Shown here: positions 19,321 through 29,814 of the stretch, piece after piece
How positions within the stretch are numbered: position 1 is the first letter of the stretch
How the letters are laid out: each line of letters begins with the position of its first letter
Assembly: GCA_964617625.1 (NCBI GenBank)
Contig: CAZTZL010000007.1
Span: 1,278 to 65,277 of the forward strand
DNA length: 64,000 bases
DNA from: an uncultured bacterium
GTDB lineage: Bacteria > Zhuqueibacterota > QNDG01 > DSAB01
Direction of reading: 5' to 3'
Notes under the pieces: generated by a model
Told to the model about the DNA's origin: nothing
Database searches by the model: none
The model's input: the letters and a program-made list of their open reading frames with translations, nothing else
Position numbers and translations under genes: made by a program

Positions 19321-19338
19321 TAGCATATTTCATGCCAG
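19321..19338 (-). promoter_or_regulatory. Sigma54 (-24/-12) promoter of the HEAT/HD-GYP/kinase operon
   Basis: Minus strand CTGGCAT-GAAAT-ATGCT (GG-N10-GC), about 48 bp before ATG 19273. Confidence 0.68.
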
Positions 19339-19540
19339 AATATATTTATTTTGAATATTTTGTCAAAGTTATGAATATCTGTTCACAAATCAAAGATAGA
19401 TCGGCATTTCTTTCCTTTCTAAGCATATGATAAAACAATAAATATGATACTTGATTTTATGTATTTCAGTTTTTAAATTAAATTAATTATAAACTGGTTT
19501 CTGCCATATATAATGTTATCACTATTTTTAAATTTTAATT

Positions 19541-20146
19541 GTGAAATACTTGAAAAGGAATTATCTCTTGAGTAGTTCGATAACAAACTTGAAATACCAT
19601 CCCTTAACTCCGAACCGGTGGCTTGATTTCGAACAGTTGTTCGGTGAAAAAGGCGCTTATGGAGGATGCTGGTGTATGTGGTGGAGAATCAGTCGAAATG
19701 AATTTGTAAAGCAGCAGGGGGAGGGAAATAAAAGGGCGATGAAACAAATTGTGGATTCAGGTGAAGTTGCCGGTATTATTCTCTATTTGGAGCAAACACC
19801 GGTAGCCTGGTGTTCCGTGGCGCCGCGGAAACAATTCGCCTCATTAAATCGATCTCGTGTACTTAAGCAGATTGATGATCAGCCTGTGTGGTCCATTGTT
19901 TGTTTCTTTGTAAGCAAAGCATATCAGAAACAGGACCTCACGATACATTTGATCCGGGCCGCAGTCGATTTTGTTCAAAAAAATAAGGGTAGAATAGTTG
20001 AAGCTTATCCAACCGTCCCAAGAAACAAAACATTGCCTCCTTTCTCAAGCTATATGGGTATCCCCTCGATGTTTGAAAAAGCGGGTTTTGTGGAGTGTGC
20101 ACGGCCTTCCGTAAGTAAGATAATTATGAGATATTACATTCAATGA
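19541..20146 (+). CDS. GNAT-family N-acetyltransferase
   Basis: GGCWCMWWR, VAWCSVAPR, WSIVCFFV, VEAYP, MFEKAGF. Confidence 0.82.
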   Translation: MKYLKRNYLLSSSITNLKYHPLTPNRWLDFEQLFGEKGAYGGCWCMWWRISRNEFVKQQGEGNKRAMKQIVDSGEVAGIILYLEQTPVAWCSVAPRKQFASLNRSRVLKQIDDQPVWSIVCFFVSKAYQKQDLTIHLIRAAVDFVQKNKGRIVEAYPTVPRNKTLPPFSSYMGIPSMFEKAGFVECARPSVSKIIMRYYIQ

Positions 20147-20251
20147 ACTTGATTTTTATCTGTATTTTAAATTTGGGAAAAATATTTCTTGCATTTATTC
20201 GCTTCAAAACCTAAATTTGTCGGCATTTTGTCTTAAAATATTTGGGAAGGA

Positions 20252-21217
20252 TTGAAATACGCAATGAATAAAATTCCGCATTATTTTGGATTTTACCTGC
20301 TAATTTTTGTTTTTCTTTCGTGTGCACACTTGAGGGAAGTGAAACAAGCCTATTCGATAAAAGAGTACAAAAAAGCTTTTCAGCTCAGTGAACAGGCTGT
20401 TCTTAAAGATTCTACAGATGTTGAAGCATGGTTTTATCTGGCCAAATCGTCGGTAGCTCTGAATTTGACAGACCGTGGAATTGATGCATTGAAAACCATA
20501 AACCATTTGGATCCGAAATTAAAAAAGTATCGCAGAGATCTATCTGTAATTTACCAACAGTTAGCAGAAAAGGCTTTGGAAAAAGGTGAAAATCAAAATA
20601 GCATGCAATATTTTTTATTGGCTGAATCTTTGGCGCCCGGGAATATAAAATTACTAATACGGACCGCAGAAGCGGCTTTTAACGCAGGTTATTTGAATAT
20701 TGCAAAGTTGAGGTATGAAAAAATAATTGATCTATTCAAAGATCCGAGTATTTATATTCAGAGGCTAAACAATATTGAATCCAGGATACAATTCGCACAG
20801 AATGAATTTGAAAAAGGAATGGAAGCATATAAGGATGATCATTTTAAGGAAGCGTATGTACATTTTGAAAGTGCATCTAAAACTCAGTCCGAAAATGATG
20901 AATCCAAATATTTTTATTGTCTATCAAAAGGAAAATATTTAAGCCAATTAGGCAGTGGGAAAGCCTATCTCGAAGCAATAGAATTTTTTAAAAGCGCAGG
21001 TCAATTGAAGCCCCAACAGGCTGAATCCTATTATTATATTGGGCGGGCCTATGAAATGCTAAGCCAGCATAAAACGCTGAGGGAAGCAGTAGCGGCTTAC
21101 AACCAGGCACTTAAACTTGATCCGAATGGACAGTATGCTCTTTATTGTAAAAAGAAAATCGAAACACTGAACGAGAGAATTAAAAGACTTGATTCATTCT
21201 GGAATGGGGGGAAATGA
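20252..21217 (+). CDS. TPR-repeat lipoprotein
   Basis: VFLSC lipobox; TPR motifs (EAWFYLA, ESYYYIGRAYE, AYNQALKLDP); start may be ATG 20264. Confidence 0.75.
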   Translation: MKYAMNKIPHYFGFYLLIFVFLSCAHLREVKQAYSIKEYKKAFQLSEQAVLKDSTDVEAWFYLAKSSVALNLTDRGIDALKTINHLDPKLKKYRRDLSVIYQQLAEKALEKGENQNSMQYFLLAESLAPGNIKLLIRTAEAAFNAGYLNIAKLRYEKIIDLFKDPSIYIQRLNNIESRIQFAQNEFEKGMEAYKDDHFKEAYVHFESASKTQSENDESKYFYCLSKGKYLSQLGSGKAYLEAIEFFKSAGQLKPQQAESYYYIGRAYEMLSQHKTLREAVAAYNQALKLDPNGQYALYCKKKIETLNERIKRLDSFWNGGK

Positions 21218-21339
21218 TATAGGCAGAATGAGTTTGTTATAGCCGGCATTCTTTTTATAAAGTCCAATAACCATAGAGTTTTTTTCTGCATAACCAATCT
21301 GCAAAAGTTCTGAAAAATCCATTTAACCGCATTTTTCTC

Positions 21340-21368
21340 TTGACTTCAAATGGAAATATTTGTATAAT
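21340..21368 (+). promoter_or_regulatory. Sigma70 promoter of the marR-oxidoreductase unit
   Basis: TTGACT-N17-TATAAT. Confidence 0.75.
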
Positions 21369-21412
21369 TGTTGATAACAATAATTGCCATTAGCAAGTGT
21401 TGCGATAAGCAA
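21368..21412. promoter_or_regulatory. Three tandem inverted-repeat operators (probable MarR sites)
   Basis: TTGT-N5-ACAA (21368), TTGC-N5-GCAA (21384), TTGC-N5-GCAA (21400); exact 16-bp period. Confidence 0.62.
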
Positions 21413-21423
21413 ATGAGGAGCTT

Positions 21424-21834
21424 ATGGAACCCACATTGTTTGAACTGATTTTATCCATCAAAAGAAAATGTACAGCCAATGAAGAAAAAATTCAAAATGA
21501 ATTGAAATTGACACCGGCAGAATTTAACGGTCTACTTGGTTTGCAGCCCAAAGAGGAAATTCTTGGAAATACTTTTGCGGAACGTATTCGTTTATCTCCC
21601 TCAAGAGGAAGTCGCGTTTTGGGCAAACTTATGGAAAGCAAATATGTGCAAACAAAATTTAAGCCTAATGACAGACGCAGTGTATATATCTCTCTGACAC
21701 AACTTGGATTAAATATGAAAAGGAAAATTCTTTATCGTATGGAGGTATGTGAGAAAAGAATTTGTGCGACTTTTTCAGAGAAAGAAGTTAACCGTATCAA
21801 ACAAACGTTGATTCAGCTTGAACAAGCGCTGTAA
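21424..21834 (+). CDS. MarR-family transcriptional regulator
   Basis: 136 aa; LTPAEF, SRGSRVL.KL, DRRSVYISLT..G winged-helix motif. Confidence 0.88.
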   Translation: MEPTLFELILSIKRKCTANEEKIQNELKLTPAEFNGLLGLQPKEEILGNTFAERIRLSPSRGSRVLGKLMESKYVQTKFKPNDRRSVYISLTQLGLNMKRKILYRMEVCEKRICATFSEKEVNRIKQTLIQLEQAL

Positions 21835-21850
21835 ATAGAATGGAGAACTT

Positions 21851-24800
21851 ATGAATCGAATCAGTAAAAAACAGAAGGAACATTTATCTCAATATGAAAA
21901 TCGTGTTCAATTTGATAAAACAGAACGGATATTGTATAGTCATGATATTGCTGCCATCCCCAATCTTGTTAAACCGCTTATTGGAAATACGATTCCTGAT
22001 GCAGTTGTACAACCTCAAAATGAGATAGAATTAGCTGAAATTGTCAAATGGGCCTATCAGGAAGGTATTCCGATTACACCACGGGCCAAATCTTCTTCCG
22101 GGTACGGAGGAACCATTCCGCTCAAAAAAGGATTGGTCATTGATTTTTACCGGATGAAAAAAATTATTTCAATCAGCAGAGAAAAATTGACAGTTACGGT
22201 CGAAGCCGGTATGACATGGGAAAAACTTGATGAGAAATTGAAAAAAGAAGGACTTACACTCCGGTTGTATCCAACGAGTTATCCTTCATCAACAGCCGGA
22301 GGCTGGTTGGCACAGGGAGGGGCCGGTATAGGCAGTTATCAATTTGGATACTATGCCGAGAATGTAACTTCAGCCCGGGTTGTTCTGTCTACGGGAGAGG
22401 TTCGTGAATTTACGGGTGATGACCTGCAGCTGATATCGGAAGCCGAAGGGGTCACAGGATTTATCAGTCAGGTCACTCTGAAGGTGCAATCTCTTGAAGA
22501 ATTGGATATTATAGCACTGGGATGTCCGGACGCTCACGATCTTCAGAAACTGGTTCAATCGATTGTGACAGCGGATCTGCCAATATGGGCCATGTTGTTT
22601 ATCAATCCCCGCATGGCAGAAATGAAAAACCGTGCACCGCTGCTTGAACATTATGGCCATCCTGTTGAGGAGAGAGTGATTCTGCCTGCGGCATATGTGG
22701 TTACTCTGGCTTTTCGGAAATCCGATAGTAAAAAGGTCCGATCTGATTTAAAAGAATTGATCAAACCCTGCCAGGGCGAAGTATTGAGTGACCGCATCGC
22801 ACAGCATGAATGGGAAAACCGGTTCAAGCTAATGATAGTAAAGCGGTTGGGACCCTCATTGGTACCTTCTGAAGTAATTGTCCCTCTTTCTTCTCTTGGT
22901 AATGTTATGGAAGAGATTGAACGAAAAGTCAATCAACCAGTCGTCAAGGAGGGTGTCATTATCAAGAGTGGTCCAAATGGAAAACCGGAAGTTGTTATTC
23001 TGGGCTTCATTCCAGCGGATCAGAGAAAGTTAAGTTATAATTTTGTATTTGGTCTTGTGATCACAATTATGAAAATTGCAAAACGGTACGGTGGACGCCC
23101 TTATTCAACAGGTATGTATTTCGCCAAAAAAGCAAAATCTATTTTAGGGAAAGAACGTGTCAAGAGGCTGCGTAAATTTAAAAAACAAGTGGATCCCTAC
23201 GGGCTTCTCAATCCAGGTAAAGTGTTGAACAATGGTTTGCTTGGATCATTAATGACTTTCGCTGGCATATTTGAACCGTTCATCCGGCCTTTTGGAAATT
23301 ATGTCATTACTAAAGTGGGGGAGCGGCCGAATAAACCGATTCGTGGAATTCCCGCGGATGTTGCCTGGTATGCCTATTCATGTTCGCAGTGCGGATATTG
23401 CATCGATGAATGTGATCAATTTTATGGACGTGGTTGGGAAAGCCAGAGCCCCCGGGGCAAATGGTACTGGCTCAGGGAATTCATGGAAGGCCGGGTCGAC
23501 TGGAATCAGAAAATGGTCGATACGATTCTTGTTTGTACGACCTGTGAGCTCTGTAATTTAAGATGTTCTGCGGCACTTCCCATAGAGCCTTCCTGGATGA
23601 AGTTGAGGGGGCAGCTCATTGATGAAAAGAAGAAAATGACGTTCCCTCCTTTTGAAATGATGGCAGCTGCGGTACGCGCCGAGGGTAATATCTGGGCCGG
23701 GTATCGCCGAAATCGTTCGAAATGGTTTCCTGAAGATTTGAAGGAGAAGCACGGCTCTCATCATAAGGCCAAGAATGTTTATTTTGCCGGATGTACAGCG
23801 AGTTATGTGGAAAATGATATCGGCATGGCGTCTGTCCGTCTTCTTGATGAAGCCGGTGTGGATTTTACCTATCTGGGAGAAAGGGAGAACTGCTGCGCAA
23901 CACCGATGCTGGTTGCCGGTAAATGGGAAGTATTTAAAGAAACCATGAATAAAAATATACAGGCAGTAAAAGAATCCGGCGCAGATACGGTTATCAGTTC
24001 CTGTCCGGCATGTGATATGATGTGGCGCCATATTTATCCTCAGTGGGCCGAAAAATGGGGAATGGATTATAATATTAAAGCGAAACACTACAGTGAAGTC
24101 CTGTCTGAAAAAATCCGAAGCGGTGAATTTAAATTCCCGAATAATAAAATGAGACAAACCACGGTTACCTGGCACGACTCCTGTCACATCGGCCGAGTAT
24201 CGGGTGTCTATGAGGAACCCAGGGAATTGATTCAGGCCATACCCAATGTGAATTTTGTGGAAATGGCCCACAACCGGGAGAATGGACATTGCTGCGGTTC
24301 TGTATTGACACTGATTAAGGAACCGCCTGTTGCAGCAGAAATCGGGAAAGAACGGCTGGATGAAGCCATTAATATCGGCGCTGAGAAGGTTCTTGCTCTT
24401 TGTCCGTGCTGTGAATTTCAGCTGCGTGTCACAACGGATAAAAAGAAAATGCCGCTGGAAGTGGTGGATCTGGCCCGATTTGCATCTTCCGCCCTGGGAT
24501 ACGATTTTCCGGATCCCAATCCGGAAGTGAAAAAACAATGGGCCGTTTTTGAGGGGATGATTGCGCTGATGACACCGCAAGGATTTGCCGATCTCATGGG
24601 GACCATGTGGCCGGAAATGATTGACGCGATGCCGTTGGGAATGGGAGGAATGATGCGGTTGATGGGAAAGATTCCGGGTGCACTGAATATCATGAAACCC
24701 ATGTTCCCTATACTGTTCCCCAAATTGCTGCCGCTGATGATGCCGAAGATTATGCCGACCATGCTGAAACGTGTAAGTGACAGGATTCCCATGCCCGATT

Positions 24801-24928
24801 ATATGGCTGAACAGATGCCTGAGCTAATGCCGAAAGTTATGGACAATCTCATGCCGCATATGATAGGAGATGTCGTACCTCTGGTAACACAGCCAATGAT
24901 AGATTATTTGCAAGACAAATCAACTTAA
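21851..24928 (+). CDS. FAD-binding / 4Fe-4S / CCG fused oxidoreductase (GlcD+GlcF-like, possible D-lactate/glycolate dehydrogenase) with Met/Pro-rich tail
   Basis: PDAVVQP FAD-binding domain, LNPGKV oxidase C-terminus, CSQCGYCIDEC and CTTCELCNLRC, FAGC/CC/CPAC and HDSCH/CCG/CPCC. Confidence 0.85.
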   Translation: MNRISKKQKEHLSQYENRVQFDKTERILYSHDIAAIPNLVKPLIGNTIPDAVVQPQNEIELAEIVKWAYQEGIPITPRAKSSSGYGGTIPLKKGLVIDFYRMKKIISISREKLTVTVEAGMTWEKLDEKLKKEGLTLRLYPTSYPSSTAGGWLAQGGAGIGSYQFGYYAENVTSARVVLSTGEVREFTGDDLQLISEAEGVTGFISQVTLKVQSLEELDIIALGCPDAHDLQKLVQSIVTADLPIWAMLFINPRMAEMKNRAPLLEHYGHPVEERVILPAAYVVTLAFRKSDSKKVRSDLKELIKPCQGEVLSDRIAQHEWENRFKLMIVKRLGPSLVPSEVIVPLSSLGNVMEEIERKVNQPVVKEGVIIKSGPNGKPEVVILGFIPADQRKLSYNFVFGLVITIMKIAKRYGGRPYSTGMYFAKKAKSILGKERVKRLRKFKKQVDPYGLLNPGKVLNNGLLGSLMTFAGIFEPFIRPFGNYVITKVGERPNKPIRGIPADVAWYAYSCSQCGYCIDECDQFYGRGWESQSPRGKWYWLREFMEGRVDWNQKMVDTILVCTTCELCNLRCSAALPIEPSWMKLRGQLIDEKKKMTFPPFEMMAAAVRAEGNIWAGYRRNRSKWFPEDLKEKHGSHHKAKNVYFAGCTASYVENDIGMASVRLLDEAGVDFTYLGERENCCATPMLVAGKWEVFKETMNKNIQAVKESGADTVISSCPACDMMWRHIYPQWAEKWGMDYNIKAKHYSEVLSEKIRSGEFKFPNNKMRQTTVTWHDSCHIGRVSGVYEEPRELIQAIPNVNFVEMAHNRENGHCCGSVLTLIKEPPVAAEIGKERLDEAINIGAEKVLALCPCCEFQLRVTTDKKKMPLEVVDLARFASSALGYDFPDPNPEVKKQWAVFEGMIALMTPQGFADLMGTMWPEMIDAMPLGMGGMMRLMGKIPGALNIMKPMFPILFPKLLPLMMPKIMPTMLKRVSDRIPMPDYMAEQMPELMPKVMDNLMPHMIGDVVPLVTQPMIDYLQDKST

Positions 24929-25101
24929 ATATCGAAACATTTTCTCTTCCCTTCCTCAATTAAAGGCAGGTGTAAGTTTCTGATTTTCTGCATCTGCCTT
25001 TCATCTTTTTTAAAAGGATAGGGAGAAAATGAGTTGTAATTATGATTGCAATTTATTATCTTTAGTCCATCATTTTTCTTAAAACTTGTGACAAGGCATA
25101 T

Positions 25102-26454
25102 ATGGGGCTGATTCAAATAAAAAAAGGGCTTGATCTGCCCATCAGTGGTGAACCGGTACAGATTGTTCATCCTGGGAAACCAGTGAAAAAAGTTGCCGTA
25201 CTCGGAGACGATTATGTCAATATGAAACCCCAGTTTGCAGTCTCTATAGGAGATGAAGTAAAAAAGGGTCAGCTCCTTTTCGTTGACAGAAAAAGGCCCA
25301 AAATCCGATTTACCTCTCCGGGCAGCGGGAAAGTCACGGAGATTAACCGCGGAGCCAAAAGAAAATTTCTCTCCATTGTGATCGAACTGAACGGGAAAGA
25401 TGCCGTGTCATTCGAATCGTATTCCGGCAGTCAAATACAAAAATTGAACCGGGATGAAGCCATATCCCAGCTGCTTGAGTCAGGATTATGGACGACAATC
25501 CGGTCACGGCCTTTTGGATATGTTGCCGATCCGGAATCAGTCCCCCATTCGATATTTATCACTGCAATGGATACCCAGCCTCTGTCTCCTTCTGTCGAAA
25601 AAATATTGAAAGGACAGGAAGAATCATTCAGAGCGGGCCTGCAGATCCTTTCGAAACTGACCGGGGGAACCCTTTTTCTCTGTCAAGAAAAAGGGGCCGA
25701 TATCCCCGTTGCTGATATGGACCGATTATCCATGGAAGAATTTACAGGACCGCACCCTGCAGGCAATGCAGGGACGCATATTCATTTTCTGGATCCCGTG
25801 CACCGCCATAAAAAGGTCTGGGTTGTTCATGCCGAAGATGTTTCCGCAATCGGAAAGCTATTTATTACAGGAAAGTATGATGTCGAACGGATCATTTCAC
25901 TGGCAGGCCCGGAGGTAAAAATTCCCCGTTTGGTTAAAACCAGGATAGGGGCCTCTTTGGATGATGTCACTGCAGGAGAATGCAAGGCCGGTAATAGACG
26001 CATCATCTCCGGATCCGTATTCCATGGTCATATTGCAGAAGGACCCACCGCTTATCTTGGAAGGTACCATCATCAGGTTTCGGTTTTACCTGAAGACAGT
26101 TCCCGTTCCTTTTTTGGCTGGCTGGATCCGGGTTTGCATTTATTCTCCGTCAAAAACATTGTTGCCTCGCGATTACTCCCAAGAAAAAAGATTGATATGA
26201 CAACCGCTGTCAACGGAGGCAAGCGTTCCATTGTTCCGGTCGGCAGTTATGAAAAGGTAATGCCTCTCGATATTTTACCTGCCTATTTACTGCGTGCACT
26301 GGCCGCGGAAGATATCGATGAAGCGGAAAACTTGGGTTGTCTTGAGCTGGAAGAAGAAGATCTGGCTCTGTGCACATTTGTGTGCCCATCAAAGATCAAT
26401 CATGGTGAGAATTTGAGACGAATGTTGACCCTTATAGAAAAGGAAGAACAGTGA
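25102..26454 (+). CDS. nqrA: Na+-translocating NADH:quinone reductase subunit A
   Basis: [45 protein letters not shown]. Confidence 0.95.
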   Translation: MGLIQIKKGLDLPISGEPVQIVHPGKPVKKVAVLGDDYVNMKPQFAVSIGDEVKKGQLLFVDRKRPKIRFTSPGSGKVTEINRGAKRKFLSIVIELNGKDAVSFESYSGSQIQKLNRDEAISQLLESGLWTTIRSRPFGYVADPESVPHSIFITAMDTQPLSPSVEKILKGQEESFRAGLQILSKLTGGTLFLCQEKGADIPVADMDRLSMEEFTGPHPAGNAGTHIHFLDPVHRHKKVWVVHAEDVSAIGKLFITGKYDVERIISLAGPEVKIPRLVKTRIGASLDDVTAGECKAGNRRIISGSVFHGHIAEGPTAYLGRYHHQVSVLPEDSSRSFFGWLDPGLHLFSVKNIVASRLLPRKKIDMTTAVNGGKRSIVPVGSYEKVMPLDILPAYLLRALAAEDIDEAENLGCLELEEEDLALCTFVCPSKINHGENLRRMLTLIEKEEQ

Positions 26455-27653
26455 AATTTCTGCGGCGTTTTCTTGACCGGCAAGAGAAACATTTCCGTAC
26501 AGGCGGAAGACTGAGCGGTTTGTACTATCTCTATGAAGCGCTGGACGGCTTCCTTTTTACCAAAGGGGAAAAGACCCCGAATCCCGTGCATGTTCGTGAC
26601 GCCATGGATCTGAAACGGATGATGATTACCGTGGTCTGGGCCCTGGTCCCGGCTGTGCTTATGGCACTCTATAATACGGGCCTGCAGGCCAACCTGGTTC
26701 TCTCAGAACTGCATCAAATTCCGCCCGGCAGCTGGCAGCGTACTGTCATCGCCTGGCTTGGAATCGGTTTTGATCCGCATAACATTCTCGCCAATTTTAT
26801 TCACGGTGCGTTGTATTTTTTCCCTGTTTATATTATTACACTGGCGGTGGGAGGATTTTGGGAAGTGCTTTTTGCCTGTGTGCGGAAACATGAAATTAAT
26901 GAAGGATTTTTGGTTACCAGTCTGCTCTTTCCGATGATTCTGCCTCCCACCATTCCATACTGGCAGGTGGCTCTCGGTATTTCTTTCGGTGTTGTTATCG
27001 GCAAGGAGGTATTCGGCGGTGTCGGTATGAACATTCTAAATCCAGCGCTGACCGGTCGTGTTTTCCTTTTTTTCGCTTATCCCGCTGCCATTTCAGGTGA
27101 AAAGGTATGGGTGGCTGTGGATGGCATCAGCCGGGCCACACCTCTGGCCAGGCTTGCTGAGTCCGCAGGACCTCTCACAACATCCTGGATGGATGCTTTT
27201 CTGGGATTCATTCCGGGTTCGATGGGAGAGACCTCTACACTGGCCTGTCTGATCGGCGCCATTGTTCTAATCATCACCGGGATTGCTTCTTGGAGAATCA
27301 TGCTCAGCATACTTGCAGGCATGGTCAGCCTTTCGTTCCTTTTTAACATAATCGGCAGTACGACCAATCCAATGTTCCAACTCACACCGTTGTGGCATCT
27401 TGTCTTGGGTGGATTTGCATTCGGGACTGTTTTCATGGCCACGGATCCGGTCACAGCGGCCATGACAAAAAAAGGAATGATATTCTACGGCTTGCTGGTC
27501 GGATTTTTAGTGGTACTGATCCGGGTTGTTAACCCGGCATTCCCGGAGGGAATGATGCTGGCAATTTTATTCGGAAATGTATTCTCTCCCATCATTGATC
27601 GTATTTTTATCAATGCAAATGTAAAAAGGAGACAGGCAAGATATGTCCAATGA
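26451..27653 (+). CDS. nqrB: NQR subunit B
   Basis: [44 protein letters not shown] (FMN-Thr), GSMGETS. Confidence 0.95.
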   Translation: MKFLRRFLDRQEKHFRTGGRLSGLYYLYEALDGFLFTKGEKTPNPVHVRDAMDLKRMMITVVWALVPAVLMALYNTGLQANLVLSELHQIPPGSWQRTVIAWLGIGFDPHNILANFIHGALYFFPVYIITLAVGGFWEVLFACVRKHEINEGFLVTSLLFPMILPPTIPYWQVALGISFGVVIGKEVFGGVGMNILNPALTGRVFLFFAYPAAISGEKVWVAVDGISRATPLARLAESAGPLTTSWMDAFLGFIPGSMGETSTLACLIGAIVLIITGIASWRIMLSILAGMVSLSFLFNIIGSTTNPMFQLTPLWHLVLGGFAFGTVFMATDPVTAAMTKKGMIFYGLLVGFLVVLIRVVNPAFPEGMMLAILFGNVFSPIIDRIFINANVKRRQARYVQ

Positions 27654-28437
27654 GGGTGCAAAGAAAACCATTGGTATTGCACTGGTGGTCTGTCTGATTT
27701 GTTCGATCCTTGTTGCGACGGCAGCTGTGGGTCTTCGAAAGATACAGAAGAAGAATCAGGATCAGGAAAAAATCAAGAATATACTTCTCGCCGGCGGTAT
27801 TGACTTTAAAAATAGAGATCTTCAAGAAGTATATCGTGAGAAAATAAGAACAGATTTGATTGAGCTTGCAAGTGGACGGATTCTCCCAGAGAGTGAATAC
27901 AAAGAAGATTTAAGACCGGAAACCTTTGATATAAAAAATACACCTTACACGCGGCGGATTGATCCTGACAAGGATATTGCCAAAATTCAATTTGTCCCTT
28001 TATATATGATTATTTATGAAGTGATCGAAAATGATCGAATGGATAGAATCATTTTGCCTATCTATGGGAAAGGACTCTGGTCGACAATGTACGGATTTAT
28101 TGCGTTGGACCGGGATTTAAAAACCATTAAAGGATTTACATTTTACCAGCACGGAGAAACACCAGGTCTGGGTGGAGAAGTGGACAATCCGCGGTGGAAA
28201 CGGATCTGGGTGGGCAAGCAGGCATTTGATAGTAACGGCCATGTCAGAATTCGTGTAATTAAAGGGAAAGTGGATCCTGATAGCCCGGATGCAAAGTACA
28301 AGATCGATGGACTCTCCGGTTCAACATTAACCACACGGGGTGTGGATCAAATGGTTCAATTCTGGCTGGGAGAAAACGGATACGGGCCATTCCTCAAACA
28401 ACTCAGGGAGCGACTGTCTATTGAGTCATCAAAATAA
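27643..28437 (+). CDS. nqrC: NQR subunit C
   Basis: [30 protein letters not shown] (FMN-Thr). Confidence 0.94.
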   Translation: MSNEGAKKTIGIALVVCLICSILVATAAVGLRKIQKKNQDQEKIKNILLAGGIDFKNRDLQEVYREKIRTDLIELASGRILPESEYKEDLRPETFDIKNTPYTRRIDPDKDIAKIQFVPLYMIIYEVIENDRMDRIILPIYGKGLWSTMYGFIALDRDLKTIKGFTFYQHGETPGLGGEVDNPRWKRIWVGKQAFDSNGHVRIRVIKGKVDPDSPDAKYKIDGLSGSTLTTRGVDQMVQFWLGENGYGPFLKQLRERLSIESSK

Positions 28438-29044
28438 AAAAATCCTGACGACGCCGATTATCAATGAAAATCCCATTGCTTTTCAAATTCTGGGAATCTG
28501 TTCGGCGCTGGCTGTTACGTCCAAACTGGAAACGTCGCTGGTTATGTCTCTGGCTGTCATTTTTGTTCTCTCCCTGTCCAATTTATCGATCAGCTTGATT
28601 CGGAAGCACATCCCGTCAAGCATCCGAATTATCGTGGAGATGACCATTATTGCCTCACTGGTTATCATTGCTGACCAAATCATCAAAGCATTTGCCTATA
28701 ACATCAGCAAGCAGTTGTCTGTTTATGTCGGATTGATTATTACCAATTGTATTATTATGGGAAGGGCCGAAGCGTTTGCACTCAAGAATCCGCCTTTTAA
28801 AAGTTTTTTAGATGGTATCGGCAACGGACTTGGATATAGTCTAGTTCTCATCATTGTCGGTTTTTTTCGTGAACTTTTTGGTTCAGGACGGCTGCTGGGG
28901 CTCCCTGTTCTTCCGGTCCATACCGAAGGCGGATGGTATATCCCGAATGGACTTTTGTTGCTTCCTCCGAGCGCTTTCTTCCTTATCGGATTGCTGATAT
29001 GGGCGCTGAGAACCTGGAAACCTGAACAGGTTGAAGAGGAATAG
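28421..29044 (+). CDS. nqrD: NQR subunit D
   Basis: [35 protein letters not shown]; start moved to TTG 28421 after AGGGAG. Confidence 0.93.
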   Translation: MSHQNKKILTTPIINENPIAFQILGICSALAVTSKLETSLVMSLAVIFVLSLSNLSISLIRKHIPSSIRIIVEMTIIASLVIIADQIIKAFAYNISKQLSVYVGLIITNCIIMGRAEAFALKNPPFKSFLDGIGNGLGYSLVLIIVGFFRELFGSGRLLGLPVLPVHTEGGWYIPNGLLLLPPSAFFLIGLLIWALRTWKPEQVEEE

Positions 29045-29189
29045 TATGCTATTTGATTTATCGGTTGGATCAGATAGCAATCGTTTTTCGCGCACAAGAA
29101 TGAGAATAACCTCTGGGATAGATCAGGAATAAAACAGGTAAGTATTCAATTTTTAACAAACAATTGATGAACGATTAAAGAGATTATAC

Positions 29190-29801
29190 ATGTTTGAGCA
29201 TTATTTAAGTTTATTCATTAAATCTATTTTTATTGAGAATATGGCGTTGGCCTTTTTTCTGGGGATGTGCACATTTCTGGCCATGTCAAAAAAGGTTGAA
29301 ACAGCTGTTGGTCTTGGAATTGCTGTGGTTGTGGTTCAGACCATTACCATGCCGGTGAACAATTTGATCCACCATTATTTACTGGCGGAAGGGGCACTGT
29401 CCTGGATGGGATTTCCCAATGTGGATCTTACTTTTTTAGGGCTGGTGACCTATATTGGTGTGATTGCAGCCATGGTGCAGATCCTGGAAATGATCCTCGA
29501 TAAATTTTTTCCCAAACTTTATCATGCCCTGGGTATCTTTCTGCCGCTGATTACCGTAAATTGTGCTATTTTGGGTGGCTCGTTGTTTATGATTGAGCGG
29601 AATTATACCTTTCCTGAAAGTGTCGTATTCGGACTGGGATCGGGGACCGGATTTGCCCTTGCCGTTATCGCTCTGGCGGGGATACGTGAAAAGATGAGAT
29701 ACAGTGATGTCCCGAAGGGATTAAGAGGACTGGGTATTACATTTCTTATGGCTGGACTAATGGCCATTGCTTTTATGCTTTTTTCAGGAATTCAACTCTA
29801 G
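29190..29801 (+). CDS. nqrE: NQR subunit E
   Basis: [42 protein letters not shown]. Confidence 0.95.
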   Translation: MFEHYLSLFIKSIFIENMALAFFLGMCTFLAMSKKVETAVGLGIAVVVVQTITMPVNNLIHHYLLAEGALSWMGFPNVDLTFLGLVTYIGVIAAMVQILEMILDKFFPKLYHALGIFLPLITVNCAILGGSLFMIERNYTFPESVVFGLGSGTGFALAVIALAGIREKMRYSDVPKGLRGLGITFLMAGLMAIAFMLFSGIQL

Positions 29802-29814
29802 GAAAACCTGTTGC

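Noticed and set aside
25093-25109. GG-N10-GC sigma54-like motif at nqrA
   Set aside because: Overlaps the start codon at 25102, so it cannot be this gene's promoter
29045-29189. 145-bp gap between nqrD and nqrE
   Set aside because: Unusual for nqr operons, but I found no ORF, clear hairpin or repeat in it
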